NCBI GenBank assembly: GCA_039589315.1
Contig: JBDHHQ010000008.1
Span: 32,001-96,000 of the forward strand
Reading direction: 5' to 3'
Length of the DNA stretch: 64,000 bases
Origin: Gemmatimonadota bacterium
GTDB lineage: Bacteria > Gemmatimonadota > Gemmatimonadetes > Longimicrobiales > Gaopeijiaceae
The notes under the pieces were generated by a model, which was not told where the DNA came from, ran no database searches, and saw only the letters and a list, made by a program, of their open reading frames with translations. Shown in pieces: positions 52,999 through 64,000 of this stretch (its first letter is position 1; every line of letters starts with the position of its first letter). The translations under genes were made by a program, and so were the position numbers.

Positions 52999-53793
52999 CT
53001 ACTTCCAGGTCTTCCAGGGCGCACGGCCGCTGGCCCAGAGCTCTTCGAGGATGCGCTTCTCCCGGAGGTTGTCCATGCACTGCCAGAAGGAGGTATGCTT
53101 GTACGCCATGAGCTGTCCATCCCGGGCGAGCCGTTCCATCGGCTCCCGCTCCCAACTCGTCTCGTCTCCCTCGATATAGTCGAGAACCCCGGGCTCGAGC
53201 ACGAAGAAGGCGCCGTTGATCCACCCCTCGCCGGCCTGCGGCTTCTCCGAGAACTCCACGACCTCGTCGCCTTCGATCTCGACGTGGCCGAAGCGCGCAG
53301 GGGGACGCACGACCGTGACCGTCGCCAGCCGCCCGTGGGCCCGGTGAAAGGCCAGCAGCCGGTTCAGGTCCACGTCGGAGACGCCGTCTCCCCAGGTGAG
53401 CATGAACGTCCCGTCTCTCAGGTACGATGCCAGGCGCTTCACTCTGCCCCCCGTCTTGGTGCGAAGGCCCGTCTCCACCAGCGCGACGTGCCAGTCGGGG
53501 GTGCTCGAGCTCTTCCGTTGCACCTGCCCTCGGCCGAAGTCCACGGCAAGGTCACCCGCGAACTGCGACGCCTCCACCATGTACCGCTTGATGACCTCGC
53601 CCCTGTACCCCAGGGCGATGATGAAGTCGTCGAAGCCGTGGCCGAAATAGTGCATCATGATGTGCCACAGGATCGGCCGGCCCCCGATCTCCACCATGGG
53701 CTTGGGCGTCCGGTCGGTATGCTCGGAGAGACGCGTGCCGAAGCCGCCGGCCAGGATGACGCAAGGCGGAGTGGACGATTCGCTGTGATCCAA
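52999..53793 (-). CDS. rfbF: Glucose-1-phosphate cytidylyltransferase
   Basis: ILAGGFGTRLSE...PKPMVEIGGRPILWHIM, TGGRVKR, WINGAFF, FWQCMD. Confidence 0.93.
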   Translation of the reverse strand: MDHSESSTPPCVILAGGFGTRLSEHTDRTPKPMVEIGGRPILWHIMMHYFGHGFDDFIIALGYRGEVIKRYMVEASQFAGDLAVDFGRGQVQRKSSSTPDWHVALVETGLRTKTGGRVKRLASYLRDGTFMLTWGDGVSDVDLNRLLAFHRAHGRLATVTVVRPPARFGHVEIEGDEVVEFSEKPQAGEGWINGAFFVLEPGVLDYIEGDETSWEREPMERLARDGQLMAYKHTSFWQCMDNLREKRILEELWASGRAPWKTWK

Positions 53794-54115
53794 GGGCTCG
53801 ATGCTCGTTGTAGGGCGTTCGCGAGTCGGGTCGGCGGGCCCGGAGGCATATCAGCAGGTTTCGTACCCCCGTCGACGGGGCTCGCGGCCGTGGCTGAATC
53901 GCGAGACACAGGGCCGGGAGAGCCTGCGGTGCCGCAGAGATCGTGCTGCCCGGAACGCGCGAGCGTCGCTCCGGTAACACCAACCCCCTCAAGGGGCCTA
54001 ATTGCGGCAGTCTGTCGCTGATTTGCAACACTGGGCTCGACCCGATGCGATCGCCGAAGACACTACCAGCTCACGTCGAGATCGGTGCGAAACGGCCGGT
54101 CCATGGGCCCGCCCG

Positions 54116-54916
54116 ATGTCCCCAGTTGCCCTCGTAACCGGTGCCTCCTCCGGCATCGGGCGCGCTCTGGCAGCTCGCCTGGCCCGGGACGGCTACGCCG
54201 TGGCACTGGCTGCCCGGCGAGCCGAGGCGCTCTCACGCGCGGCTGCGGAGATCGACGAGGACGGCGGCCGCGCGCTGCCCCTACCCACAGACGTCTCCCT
54301 GCGCGCCTCCGTGCAGCAGGCCGTCCAGCGCTGCGAAGCCGAGCTCGGCCCCATCGACCTCCTGGTGGCGAACGCCGGCGTCACCGCCAGGAATCGACCC
54401 GGAGACCCGGACTGGGTGGACGACGTCGAGCGGGTGCTGCGGACGAACTATCTGGGAGCCGTGTACGCGACCGGGGCGGTCCTCCCCGGCATGCTGGCTC
54501 GGCGCGCCGGTCACCTGGTGGGCATCGGCTCGGTCGCCGGCTTTCGCGGCCTGCCACGGAGCGCCGCCTATACGGCCAGCAAGGCAGCTCTGGCCAACTA
54601 CTTCGAGAGCCTCCGCATCGACCTGCGGGGCACCGGCGTCGCCGTGACGCTGATCCGTCCGGGCTACGTGCGGACCCCCCTCACGGACCGGCAGGATCAC
54701 CCCATGCCCTTCATGATGGACCTGGACGCAGCGGTGGAGCGGATGATGCGCGCTATCCGGGCTCGACGGCGATCGGCCCTGTTTCCCAGGGTCTGGGGCG
54801 GCGCAGCCTGGATCTCCCAGCTGTTGCCGGACGTGGTGTACGATTGGATCGGCTCGAAGGTCCCCCGGGGTGGTGGCTCGAGCTCCGGCGACCCCGGCGG
54901 TGGCGGCACGGACTGA
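54116..54916 (+). CDS. Short-chain dehydrogenase/reductase
   Basis: TGASSGIG, ANAG, YTASK, PGYVRT. Confidence 0.93.
   Translation: MSPVALVTGASSGIGRALAARLARDGYAVALAARRAEALSRAAAEIDEDGGRALPLPTDVSLRASVQQAVQRCEAELGPIDLLVANAGVTARNRPGDPDWVDDVERVLRTNYLGAVYATGAVLPGMLARRAGHLVGIGSVAGFRGLPRSAAYTASKAALANYFESLRIDLRGTGVAVTLIRPGYVRTPLTDRQDHPMPFMMDLDAAVERMMRAIRARRRSALFPRVWGGAAWISQLLPDVVYDWIGSKVPRGGGSSSGDPGGGGTD
54144..54160 (+). repeat. 17-bp direct repeat, copy 2 (inside the 5' end of the SDR gene)
   Basis: CCTCCTCCGGCATCGGG, identical to 28241-28257. Confidence 0.75.
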
Positions 54917-54928
54917 GCTGCCCTTCGG

Positions 54929-56203
54929 TCACGGCGTCCGGTAGACCTGGCCCCCCTTCATCACCAGCTCCACTCGCCGGAGCACGGCCACGTCGCTCGA
55001 CGGGTCTCCCCGTACCGCGATAAGGTCGGCCAGCAAGCCCGGGCGGATCGCCCCCACCTCGTCGTCGATGCCGAAGATCCGGGCGTTCCCGGACGTGGCC
55101 GCCCGGGCCGCGTCCAGGTGGCTCATGCCGTACTCCACCATGAGCTCGAGCTCCCGCACATTGTCGCCGTGGGGGTAGACGCCCACGTCCCCGCCGAAGC
55201 ACATGTCGACGCCGGCCGCCAGGGCGAGACGCACGGTATCCCGCTTCCGCCCGATGCGGTCCGGTTCCGGATCCACGCCCTTGCGCCAGCCGCCGTACTG
55301 GGAGATGGCGTCTCCCGCCGCGATCGTGGGGCAGAACGCCACGCTGCGCTCCGCCATCGCGGCGAACACCTCGGCGGTGCCGCCGTCGCCGTGCTCGACG
55401 GTGCGGACACCCGCCGCCACGGCCCGCCGCATGCCCTCCGCGGTGGACGCGTGGGCAACCACCGGACGGCCCGAGGAGCCGGCCACTTCCACCACCAGGC
55501 GCAGCTCGTCCACCGTGTAGGTGGGCTGGGCGGTGCCGCCCGGACCCCAACGGTAGTCGGCGTAGACCTTGATCCAGTCGGCGCCGCGGCCGATCTGGTC
55601 GCGGGTTGCCCGCATCAGGTCGTCGACCCCGTCCGCCACCTCGGCCCCTTTGTGGAAGGCGAGCTCCGGCGCCCCCTTGGGGTTGTAGCTCCCGGTGGCC
55701 ACCAGGGCCTTGGTGGTCACGATCATCCGCGGTCCTGGGATCACGCCCTTCTCGATGGCGCTCTTGAGGCCCACGTCGGCGTAGTCGGCGCCCTCGGACC
55801 CGAGGTCCCGCACCGTGGTGACGCCGGCCAGGATCGTGCGCTCGGCGTGGACCACCGCCCGGGCCACCCGTTCGGCCAGCGGCTCCAGCAGCACCTGATC
55901 CACCCAGCGGGTCTCGTCGTACGGGTGGAGCAGCAGATGGGAGTGGCCTTCGATCAGCCCCGGCATGAGCGTCAGGCCCGGAAGCTCCAGCACCGTGGCT
56001 CCCGCTGGGACGGTGAGGGAGCCTGCCGGTCCCACGGCCTGGATGCGGCGGCCCGAGACCAGGACGCCCTGTCCGGGTACCGGCCTGTCCGCGACACCGT
56101 CCCAGACCGCCTCGGGAACGAGAAGGACGACTTCCTGTGCGGTGGCCGGCAGGCAGATGAGACCGGCGGCCGCGGCCGTCAGGAACAGGGTGCGGAGTGT
56201 CAT
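54929..56203 (-). CDS. Exported metal-dependent amidohydrolase (Xaa-Pro dipeptidase-like)
   Basis: Signal peptide, PGLIEGHSH, GVTTVRDLG, WIKVY, VEHG, GLLADLIAV. Confidence 0.9.
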   Translation of the reverse strand: MTLRTLFLTAAAAGLICLPATAQEVVLLVPEAVWDGVADRPVPGQGVLVSGRRIQAVGPAGSLTVPAGATVLELPGLTLMPGLIEGHSHLLLHPYDETRWVDQVLLEPLAERVARAVVHAERTILAGVTTVRDLGSEGADYADVGLKSAIEKGVIPGPRMIVTTKALVATGSYNPKGAPELAFHKGAEVADGVDDLMRATRDQIGRGADWIKVYADYRWGPGGTAQPTYTVDELRLVVEVAGSSGRPVVAHASTAEGMRRAVAAGVRTVEHGDGGTAEVFAAMAERSVAFCPTIAAGDAISQYGGWRKGVDPEPDRIGRKRDTVRLALAAGVDMCFGGDVGVYPHGDNVRELELMVEYGMSHLDAARAATSGNARIFGIDDEVGAIRPGLLADLIAVRGDPSSDVAVLRRVELVMKGGQVYRTP

Positions 56204-56393
56204 GGCAGCCTGGTTCTCCGGGGGTCGGTGGGGAAGGGACGCGGTCGGATGCCGGAACCCGCACAATCGCAGGCGGGTGGGTCATGGCGCCAGCGCCCCG
56301 GCGACGCCGCGTCCTGGCCATTCGCGAACTGCCGCCGCACCGCGCTAGTTTGCCGGCTCCTGGAATCCCGACACTCCTCGACGAACCACGGCC

Positions 56394-56912
56394 ATGAACG
56401 AACGCGTAAGAACACTGGTGGAGGGTCGCAAGGAGAGAATCCGGCGGGCCCTCGGCCGGGAACCCGCACGGCGGCCCGGAGACCCGGCTCTCCTGTCCCC
56501 TGAAGATCGGGAACACCTCCTCGGGTATGCCCGCGATCTCTACGAGAACGAGCTGGCATGGGAGGATATTACCGAGGAGGAGTATCTCGAGGACGGCCCG
56601 ATCGTCGCCCTGACCTTTCCCGGATTCATGGCTTTCGTGCGCGGTCTGCTCCTGGCAGAGGCCATGCCCGACTCCCTGGCCCCGGCGTCGCCGCGTCCGG
56701 AGGTCGTGGAGGACGTGCTCGTCTTCCTCGGCGAGCGTTGCCTGGCTCTGAAGGAGGAGCTCACCGCGGGAGGGCCCGAGCCCGACGAAGACGCACGCCG
56801 AGGCGCGGCGCTGGACATGACCGGACGGCTCATGGACCTGGTCCTGTTCGAGCTGTATGGCCTCGACGAGAACGAGGTGAGGGCGGTGGAGGCCGCGGGG
56901 GCCCCGGGCTGA
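56394..56912 (+). CDS. Hypothetical acidic helical protein
   Basis: 172-aa ORF with gene-like codon usage; no family recognised. Confidence 0.7.
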   Translation: MNERVRTLVEGRKERIRRALGREPARRPGDPALLSPEDREHLLGYARDLYENELAWEDITEEEYLEDGPIVALTFPGFMAFVRGLLLAEAMPDSLAPASPRPEVVEDVLVFLGERCLALKEELTAGGPEPDEDARRGAALDMTGRLMDLVLFELYGLDENEVRAVEAAGAPG

Positions 56913-56973
56913 GCCATCGGGGCGCCACGCCCCCGTCGTGACACGCGAGGTCCGGCATGGACGCATTGGGACG

Positions 56974-57957
56974 ATGACACGAATCCGTCCGGGCCACCCA
57001 TACCTGGCGGGGGCCCCCCTCTTGATGGCCCACCGCGGGGGTGCTGGGTTGGCGCCCGAGAACACGTTGGAGGCCTTCGTCCAGGCGGTGGATGTCTGGC
57101 AGTCGGACGCCCTCGAGCTGGACGTTCGCGCGACGGCGGACCGTCGAATCGTGGTGATCCACGACGACACGGTGGAGCGCACCACCGACGGGACCGGGCC
57201 GGTCGCGTCGTTCCCCTGGGACACGTTGCGGGAGCTGGACGCCGGGTACCGCTTCCTCGATCCGTCGGGGAAGCCCACCTACCGCGGACGAGGCGTCCGC
57301 GTGCCCCTCTTCGAGGAGGTCCTGGACGCGTGTCCCCGCGTCCGGATCAACGTGGAGACCAAGGAGCGCGCAGCGACCCGCGGCCTGCTGGAGATCATCC
57401 GCCGACACGGCGCCCAGCACCGCGTCCTTTTCGCCGCGGCCCACGAGCGCGACCGAGCAGAGGCGCGGGGCTACGAAGGGCCGTGGGGTGCGTCGACCCA
57501 GCAGATCCGGCGTTTCTACCTCTTGCATCGCCTGCCGTTCTGCGCCGGGTACACGCCGCGCGTCGACGCGCTCCAGGTGCCCGACGTATGGAAGGGCCGC
57601 CGCGTCGTGACGCCCCGCTTCCTCGAGGTGGCTCACCGCCAGAACATCGCGGTCCACGTGTGGACGGTGGACGAGGTGGACGACATGCGTCGCCTGCTCG
57701 GCTGGGGCGTGGACGGCGTCCAGACCGACCGTCCGGACCGGCTGGCCCGGCTGCTCACCGAAGAGTTCGGTCGCCCGCCGGCGCCGGGATTGGCAGGCGA
57801 CGCCTCCACGGCGCAGGGACTGGCAGGCGAGGCGTCGACAACGCCGGGGTCGGCGGGCCATGCGTCGTCGGTGCCGGACACACCTGCGGTGAAGGCGAGT
57901 GGGACGCCGGGTTCGCCCGCGTCCGACGGTCGGAAGGGGCCCGGGGACTCCCGGTGA
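56974..57957 (+). CDS. Glycerophosphodiester phosphodiesterase
   Basis: AHRGG, PENTLEAF, ELDV, HDDT, NVETK, WTVD, TDRP. Confidence 0.94.
   Translation: MTRIRPGHPYLAGAPLLMAHRGGAGLAPENTLEAFVQAVDVWQSDALELDVRATADRRIVVIHDDTVERTTDGTGPVASFPWDTLRELDAGYRFLDPSGKPTYRGRGVRVPLFEEVLDACPRVRINVETKERAATRGLLEIIRRHGAQHRVLFAAAHERDRAEARGYEGPWGASTQQIRRFYLLHRLPFCAGYTPRVDALQVPDVWKGRRVVTPRFLEVAHRQNIAVHVWTVDEVDDMRRLLGWGVDGVQTDRPDRLARLLTEEFGRPPAPGLAGDASTAQGLAGEASTTPGSAGHASSVPDTPAVKASGTPGSPASDGRKGPGDSR
57781..57870 (+). repeat. Degenerate 30-bp tandem repeat (about 3 copies) in the GDPD C-terminal tail
   Basis: GCGCCGGGATTGGCAGGCGACGCCTCCACG / GCGCAGGGACTGGCAGGCGAGGCGTCGACA / ACGCCGGGGTCGGCGGGCCATGCGTCGTCG. Confidence 0.7.
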
Positions 57958-59315
57958 GGGGACTGGCCCGGGCGTTCGGGGCGCACCTCCGCGATCTCGG
58001 TGGACCTGGCGAGGGAGACACCGTGTTGGTGGCGGTCTCGGGAGGGGTGGACTCCCTCGCGCTTCTGCACCTGCTCCGCTTCTCGCCGGCAGTGCCCCCC
58101 CTGGATCTGCGGGTGGGTCACTTCGACCACCGCATGCGACCCGGCAGCCGGGAAGATGGCCAGTGGGTGGCGGGCGTGGCCCGGGCGTGGGCGCTGCCGG
58201 TGGAGATCGGTCGGGCCGAGGCTCCCCCGACGGGCGAGGAAGCGGCGCGCGCGGCTCGCTACGGTTTCCTGGTCGCGCTGCGGAACAGGCTGGACGCGCA
58301 GTGGATCCTGACAGCGCACCACGCCGACGACCAGGCCGAGACCGTGCTGTTCCGTATCTTCCGCGGCACCGGCATCCGAGGGCTCGCGGGGATCCCCCCG
58401 CGGCGGGAGCCCGGCATCCTCCGACCCCTCTTGCCCTTCTGGAAGTCCCAGATCCTCGAATACGCCGGCGAGGTGGGCCTCCAGCCCAGGATCGACCCGA
58501 CGAACCGCGATCCGTCCTTCGCTCGAAACCGGATCCGCCACGAGGTGATCCCCTCTCTCGAGGCCCGGGCGGCGCCACGTCTCCGCCACTCGCTGGCACG
58601 TCTGGCCCGGTTGGCGCGGGAGAACGAGCTGGCCTGGTCCCACGTCGTTCCTGATCTGCTCGAGCGCGTCGACGCCGACGAGGGGGAAGGCCGTATCTCG
58701 GTTGATCTGGCCGGTTTGCTCCGGTATGATTCATCCGTTCAGGCCCGCCTTGTGCGAGCGCTCGCACGCCGCCTGGGAAGCCGGCTCGACGAAGCCGGCA
58801 CGCAGGCGGCGCTCGATTTCGCGGCTGCCGGTGCCAGTGGCCGGGAAGCGCGGCTACCGGACGGGATGGCGGTCACCCGGGAGTTCGACCGCCTGGTCAT
58901 GACGCACACGGCCGAGCCCGGTGCGAACCGGCCGCTGGAGGTGCCGGCACGCCGCCCGGGGTCCGGTGGCTTCGTGATCGGTGGGCGACGGTACGAGGCT
59001 CGTTGGTCCGACCGGGAGGCGGTGCAGGGTCGTTGGGTGGCGCGGTTCGATGCCGCGGAGCTGGCCTTTCCGCTCCGCTTCCGCGAGTGGCGTCCCGGAG
59101 ATCGGATCCACATGCCCTATGGTAGAAAGAAGCTGAAGAAGCTGCTGGCGGAAGCGCGCGTGCCCACCCGAGAGCGGAGCCGGCGCGCCGTGCTGCAGGA
59201 TGCGGCCGGGAGGGTCCTCTGGGTGCCCGGCATCGCACGATCGACGTGGAACCCGCCGCGGGATCACGCCTATACCATGGCCGTCTGGATTGTGGATGAC
59301 ACACACGTCCCTTGA
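57954..59315 (+). CDS. tilS: tRNA(Ile)-lysidine synthetase
   Basis: VAVSGGVDS, HFDHRMR, ARAARY, TAHHADDQAET, RNRIRH. Confidence 0.96.
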   Translation: MRGLARAFGAHLRDLGGPGEGDTVLVAVSGGVDSLALLHLLRFSPAVPPLDLRVGHFDHRMRPGSREDGQWVAGVARAWALPVEIGRAEAPPTGEEAARAARYGFLVALRNRLDAQWILTAHHADDQAETVLFRIFRGTGIRGLAGIPPRREPGILRPLLPFWKSQILEYAGEVGLQPRIDPTNRDPSFARNRIRHEVIPSLEARAAPRLRHSLARLARLARENELAWSHVVPDLLERVDADEGEGRISVDLAGLLRYDSSVQARLVRALARRLGSRLDEAGTQAALDFAAAGASGREARLPDGMAVTREFDRLVMTHTAEPGANRPLEVPARRPGSGGFVIGGRRYEARWSDREAVQGRWVARFDAAELAFPLRFREWRPGDRIHMPYGRKKLKKLLAEARVPTRERSRRAVLQDAAGRVLWVPGIARSTWNPPRDHAYTMAVWIVDDTHVP

Positions 59316-59850
59316 CACGAAGCGTCAACTCGGAGGTCGCGAGCTGCGCCGGGTCGTGTACTCTGAAGAGCAGATCGCGACCCGGGTTCGGGAGATGGGC
59401 CGCTCCATCTCGCAGGCCTACGGACCCGAGGACAACCTGCTCGTGCTGGGCCTCCTGAAAGGGTCCTTCATCTTCCTGGCCGACCTGGTGCGGGAGATCC
59501 AGGTGCCGCTGCACGTGGATTTCCTCGTAGCGTCGAGCTACGGCACGGATACGGTCAGCAGCGGCGACGTGCAGTTGCTTTACGATCCGGACGCGTCCGT
59601 GGAGGGACGCGCCGTCCTGCTGGTCGAGGACATCATCGACAGCGGGACGACCATGAACCGGCTGATTCCGTTGCTCGAGGAGCGCGGTCCAGCCAGTCTC
59701 GAGATCTGCGCGCTGCTCCACAAGCGCCTCACTCGGCTGGTCAAGGAGGCCCGGTGGGTCGGGTTCGACGCCCCCGAGGAGTTCCTCGTGGGGTATGGAC
59801 TGGACTACTCCGAGAGCTTCCGGCACCTACCTTACATAGGAAGTCTCTGA
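59296..59850 (+). CDS. hpt: Hypoxanthine phosphoribosyltransferase
   Basis: LLKGSFIF, SSYG, LVEDIIDSGTT, FLVGYGLD. Confidence 0.96.
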   Translation: MTHTSLDTKRQLGGRELRRVVYSEEQIATRVREMGRSISQAYGPEDNLLVLGLLKGSFIFLADLVREIQVPLHVDFLVASSYGTDTVSSGDVQLLYDPDASVEGRAVLLVEDIIDSGTTMNRLIPLLEERGPASLEICALLHKRLTRLVKEARWVGFDAPEEFLVGYGLDYSESFRHLPYIGSL

Positions 59851-59950
59851 CCGCAGGGCGGAGAAACCTCCGCTCCGGTTCCGAGTAGTGGTAGGGTACC
59901 GGGTGGAGAAGGGGTCTCCGCTCCGGACGCAGCCGGCAGTCGGATTACGC

Positions 59951-62009
<2,059 letters not shown>

Positions 62010-62010
<1 letters not shown>

Positions 62011-62945
62011 TGAGCGAGGCGCCCCCCAAGTCCGGCTCGACCCCGGGGACCGCCGTGCCGCCGGCAGGCGGTCCCCTCTTCGCACACGACCGGCAGGCGG
62101 TGCCGCAGTGGCGGCTCCGTGACTGCTCGGTGGACCTCAGCCGACCGGTCGTGATGGGTATCGTGAACCTCACCCCCGACTCCTTCTCGGATGGAGGCTC
62201 CTGGCCCAACGTCGAGGCGGCCCTCTACGCCGCCGAGCGAATGGTGCGGGGGGGCGCGGGTATCCTGGACGTGGGGGGAGAGTCGACGCGGCCCGGAGCC
62301 GGCGAGGTCCCGGCCCACGAAGAGCTGCGACGGATCCTGCCCTTCGTGAAGGCGGCGGTCGAGCACTTCGACGTGCCGATTTCGGTGGATACACGAAAGG
62401 CCGACGTGGCGGCGGCGGCGCTGGAGGCCGGGGCCCACGGTGTCAACGACGTCTCGGGCTTGCGCCACGACCGACGGCTTGCCGAGGTCGTGGCCTCGGT
62501 CGGTGCCGGCCTGATCCTCATGCACATGCGTGGGGAGCCCGGGACCATGGCGCGGTTCGCCACCTACCGGGACGTGATTGAAGAGGTGCGGTCGGAGCTG
62601 GCAGACTCCGTGGCGCGCGCACGGGCAGCCGGCGTCGAGCGGAAGAACATCGTGGTCGATCCCGGCATCGGCTTCGCCAAGACGCCGGCCCAGAGCCTCG
62701 AGCTGATCGCGGGGCTGGAGCGTCTCACGACCATCGGCCCACCGGTGATGGTGGGGCCGTCTCGCAAGAGCTTCCTCGGGGCCGTGTTGGGGCTCCCCCC
62801 GGGCGAGCGGGTGGAGGGAACGTTGGCGGCATGCGTTGCGGCGTACCTGGCGGGCGCCCGCATCTTCCGGGTCCACGACGTGGAGGCGGTCTCCAGGGCC
62901 CTGCGCGTGGCCCACGCCATACGGAATCCGGAGGGCGTGGCGTGA
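62010..62945 (+). CDS. folP: Dihydropteroate synthase
   Basis: MGIVNLTPDSFSDGG, GGESTRPG, DPGIGF, SRKSF, RVHDV. Confidence 0.97.
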
Positions 62946-63742
62946 GCTTTCTCAGGGAGCAGTTCCTGCTCCTGTCGCCGGGGTGGGGGGACCTGATCGA
63001 GATCCTCATCGTCACGGTCCTCCTCTATCGCATCCTCATCCTCATCCAGCGCACCCGGGCCATGCAGATCCTCCTCGGGATCATGCTTCTGGGCCTCATC
63101 TACCTGGGTGCGCGACTCCTGGACTTCGTCCTGATCCGGTACCTGCTGGAGACGTTCTTCCAGTATGGTGCCATCGCCGCCCTGGTGGTGTTCCAGCCGG
63201 AGCTGCGGGCGGCGCTGGCCAGGCTCGGGCAAACCCGGATGGTCCGCTTCCTCTACCGGGAACAGGGCAGCCAGGTCGTGGACGAGATCGTGGAGGCGAC
63301 GGAGCACCTGGCCCGGGCCAAGATCGGCGCCATCATCGCGGTCGAGCAGGAGGTGGGGCTGGAGGAGTACGCGGTCACCGGCAGCCCGATCCAGGCCAAG
63401 GTCTCGAAGGAGATGCTGACGACCATCTTCACGCCGTACTCCCCGCTCCACGACGGCGCCGTCGTGATCTCTGGGGACTCCATCAGAGCGGCGGGGGCGA
63501 TCCTGCCTCTGACCCAGTACTCCCTCCCCGACCGCTCCCTCGGCACCCGGCACCGCGCCGCGCTGGGGCTCTCCGAGGAGACGGATGCCATCGTCGTGGT
63601 GGTCAGCGAGGAGACGTCCCGCGTCTCGGTCGCACAGCGGGGACGACTGGAGGCGGGCGTCGACGGCCCGCGCCTCCGCCAGATCCTCAGCGGCGGCCTG
63701 CCCGAACCGGTAGGTGGGCTCGCGCTGCCGTTCCGGACGTAG
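62942..63742 (+). CDS. dacA: Membrane-bound diadenylate cyclase (CdaA/DacA)
   Basis: Three TM helices, FQPELR, LHDGAV, GTRHRAA, VSEET. Confidence 0.93.
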   Translation: MSFLREQFLLLSPGWGDLIEILIVTVLLYRILILIQRTRAMQILLGIMLLGLIYLGARLLDFVLIRYLLETFFQYGAIAALVVFQPELRAALARLGQTRMVRFLYREQGSQVVDEIVEATEHLARAKIGAIIAVEQEVGLEEYAVTGSPIQAKVSKEMLTTIFTPYSPLHDGAVVISGDSIRAAGAILPLTQYSLPDRSLGTRHRAALGLSEETDAIVVVVSEETSRVSVAQRGRLEAGVDGPRLRQILSGGLPEPVGGLALPFRT

Positions 63743-63874
63743 AGCGCCCCGGGCACGCCGCACGGCACGCCCGCCGTCGATCGAGGCGATCGCGGGAAAC
63801 GACCAGCGCCACTTGACGTATCCTTCGACACGAAGCAGGGTTGCGGGTGTGCACGCACGCCCCGGCCAGGCGCG

Positions 63875-63904
63875 TTGACAGCCTGACGGCGCACTCCGTA
63901 CATT
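63875..63904 (+). promoter_or_regulatory. Sigma70-type promoter
   Basis: TTGACA, 18-nt spacer, TACATT, followed by RBS AAGGAG at 63936. Confidence 0.65.
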
Positions 63905-63948
63905 TTGCGGCTCCAGCACCAGGCGCCGGTCAACCAAGGAGATTCGGC

Positions 63949-64000
63949 TTGGGAAGCAGCCAATATCAACTCCTGACGCTGTTCGCGGACGGCGGGCTCA
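63949..64000 (+). CDS. 5' fragment of the next gene, possibly MotA/TolQ/ExbB family
   Basis: TTG after AAGGAG; reads MGSSQYQLLTLFADGGL. The family guess rests only on LFADGG. Confidence 0.4.
   Translation, partial: MGSSQYQLLTLFADGGL

Noticed and set aside
28253..54115. Calling the glyco locus an active mobile element
   Set aside because: No integrase, transposase, relaxase or phage gene is recognisable; only tRNA adjacency and an ambiguous 17-bp repeat support it.
59858..59873. Hairpin GCGGAG-AAAC-CTCCGC after hpt
   Set aside because: Short stem without a U-tract.

Overview
This is a high-GC bacterial chromosomal segment; gene content and style suggest Gemmatimonadota or a similar lineage, which is an inference only. 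The left arm (1-28 kb) is housekeeping: dnaG, recJ, rsmD, coaD, pta, an RsbV/RsbW/RsbU-type partner-switch triplet, rsmA, rex with a perfect Rex operator, thiolase/bioY/hbd/acyl-CoA dehydrogenase/Leu dehydrogenase, glyA, nnr, thiL, plsC, eno, ftsB and an SPFH gene. The right arm (54-64 kb) has an SDR, an amidohydrolase, GDPD, tilS, hpt, a frameshifted ftsH, folP and dacA. Between them, directly after a tRNA-Met(CAT), lies a ~25 kb glyco-locus. Its plus-strand operon encodes a clan-A glycoside hydrolase-GT2 fusion, an outer-membrane barrel candidate, five APH/choline-kinase-fold proteins interleaved with six paralogous atypical GT-B-like proteins (three paralog pairs), an MsbA/NdvA-type ABC exporter and a PAPS sulfotransferase. 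It converges on a minus-strand cassette of rfbF, an SDR epimerase/dehydratase, two sugar C-methyltransferases and a GT2. The kinase/GT-B array is the best candidate for an undescribed system. A 17-bp direct repeat of the tRNA 3' end brackets the locus, but no integrase is present.
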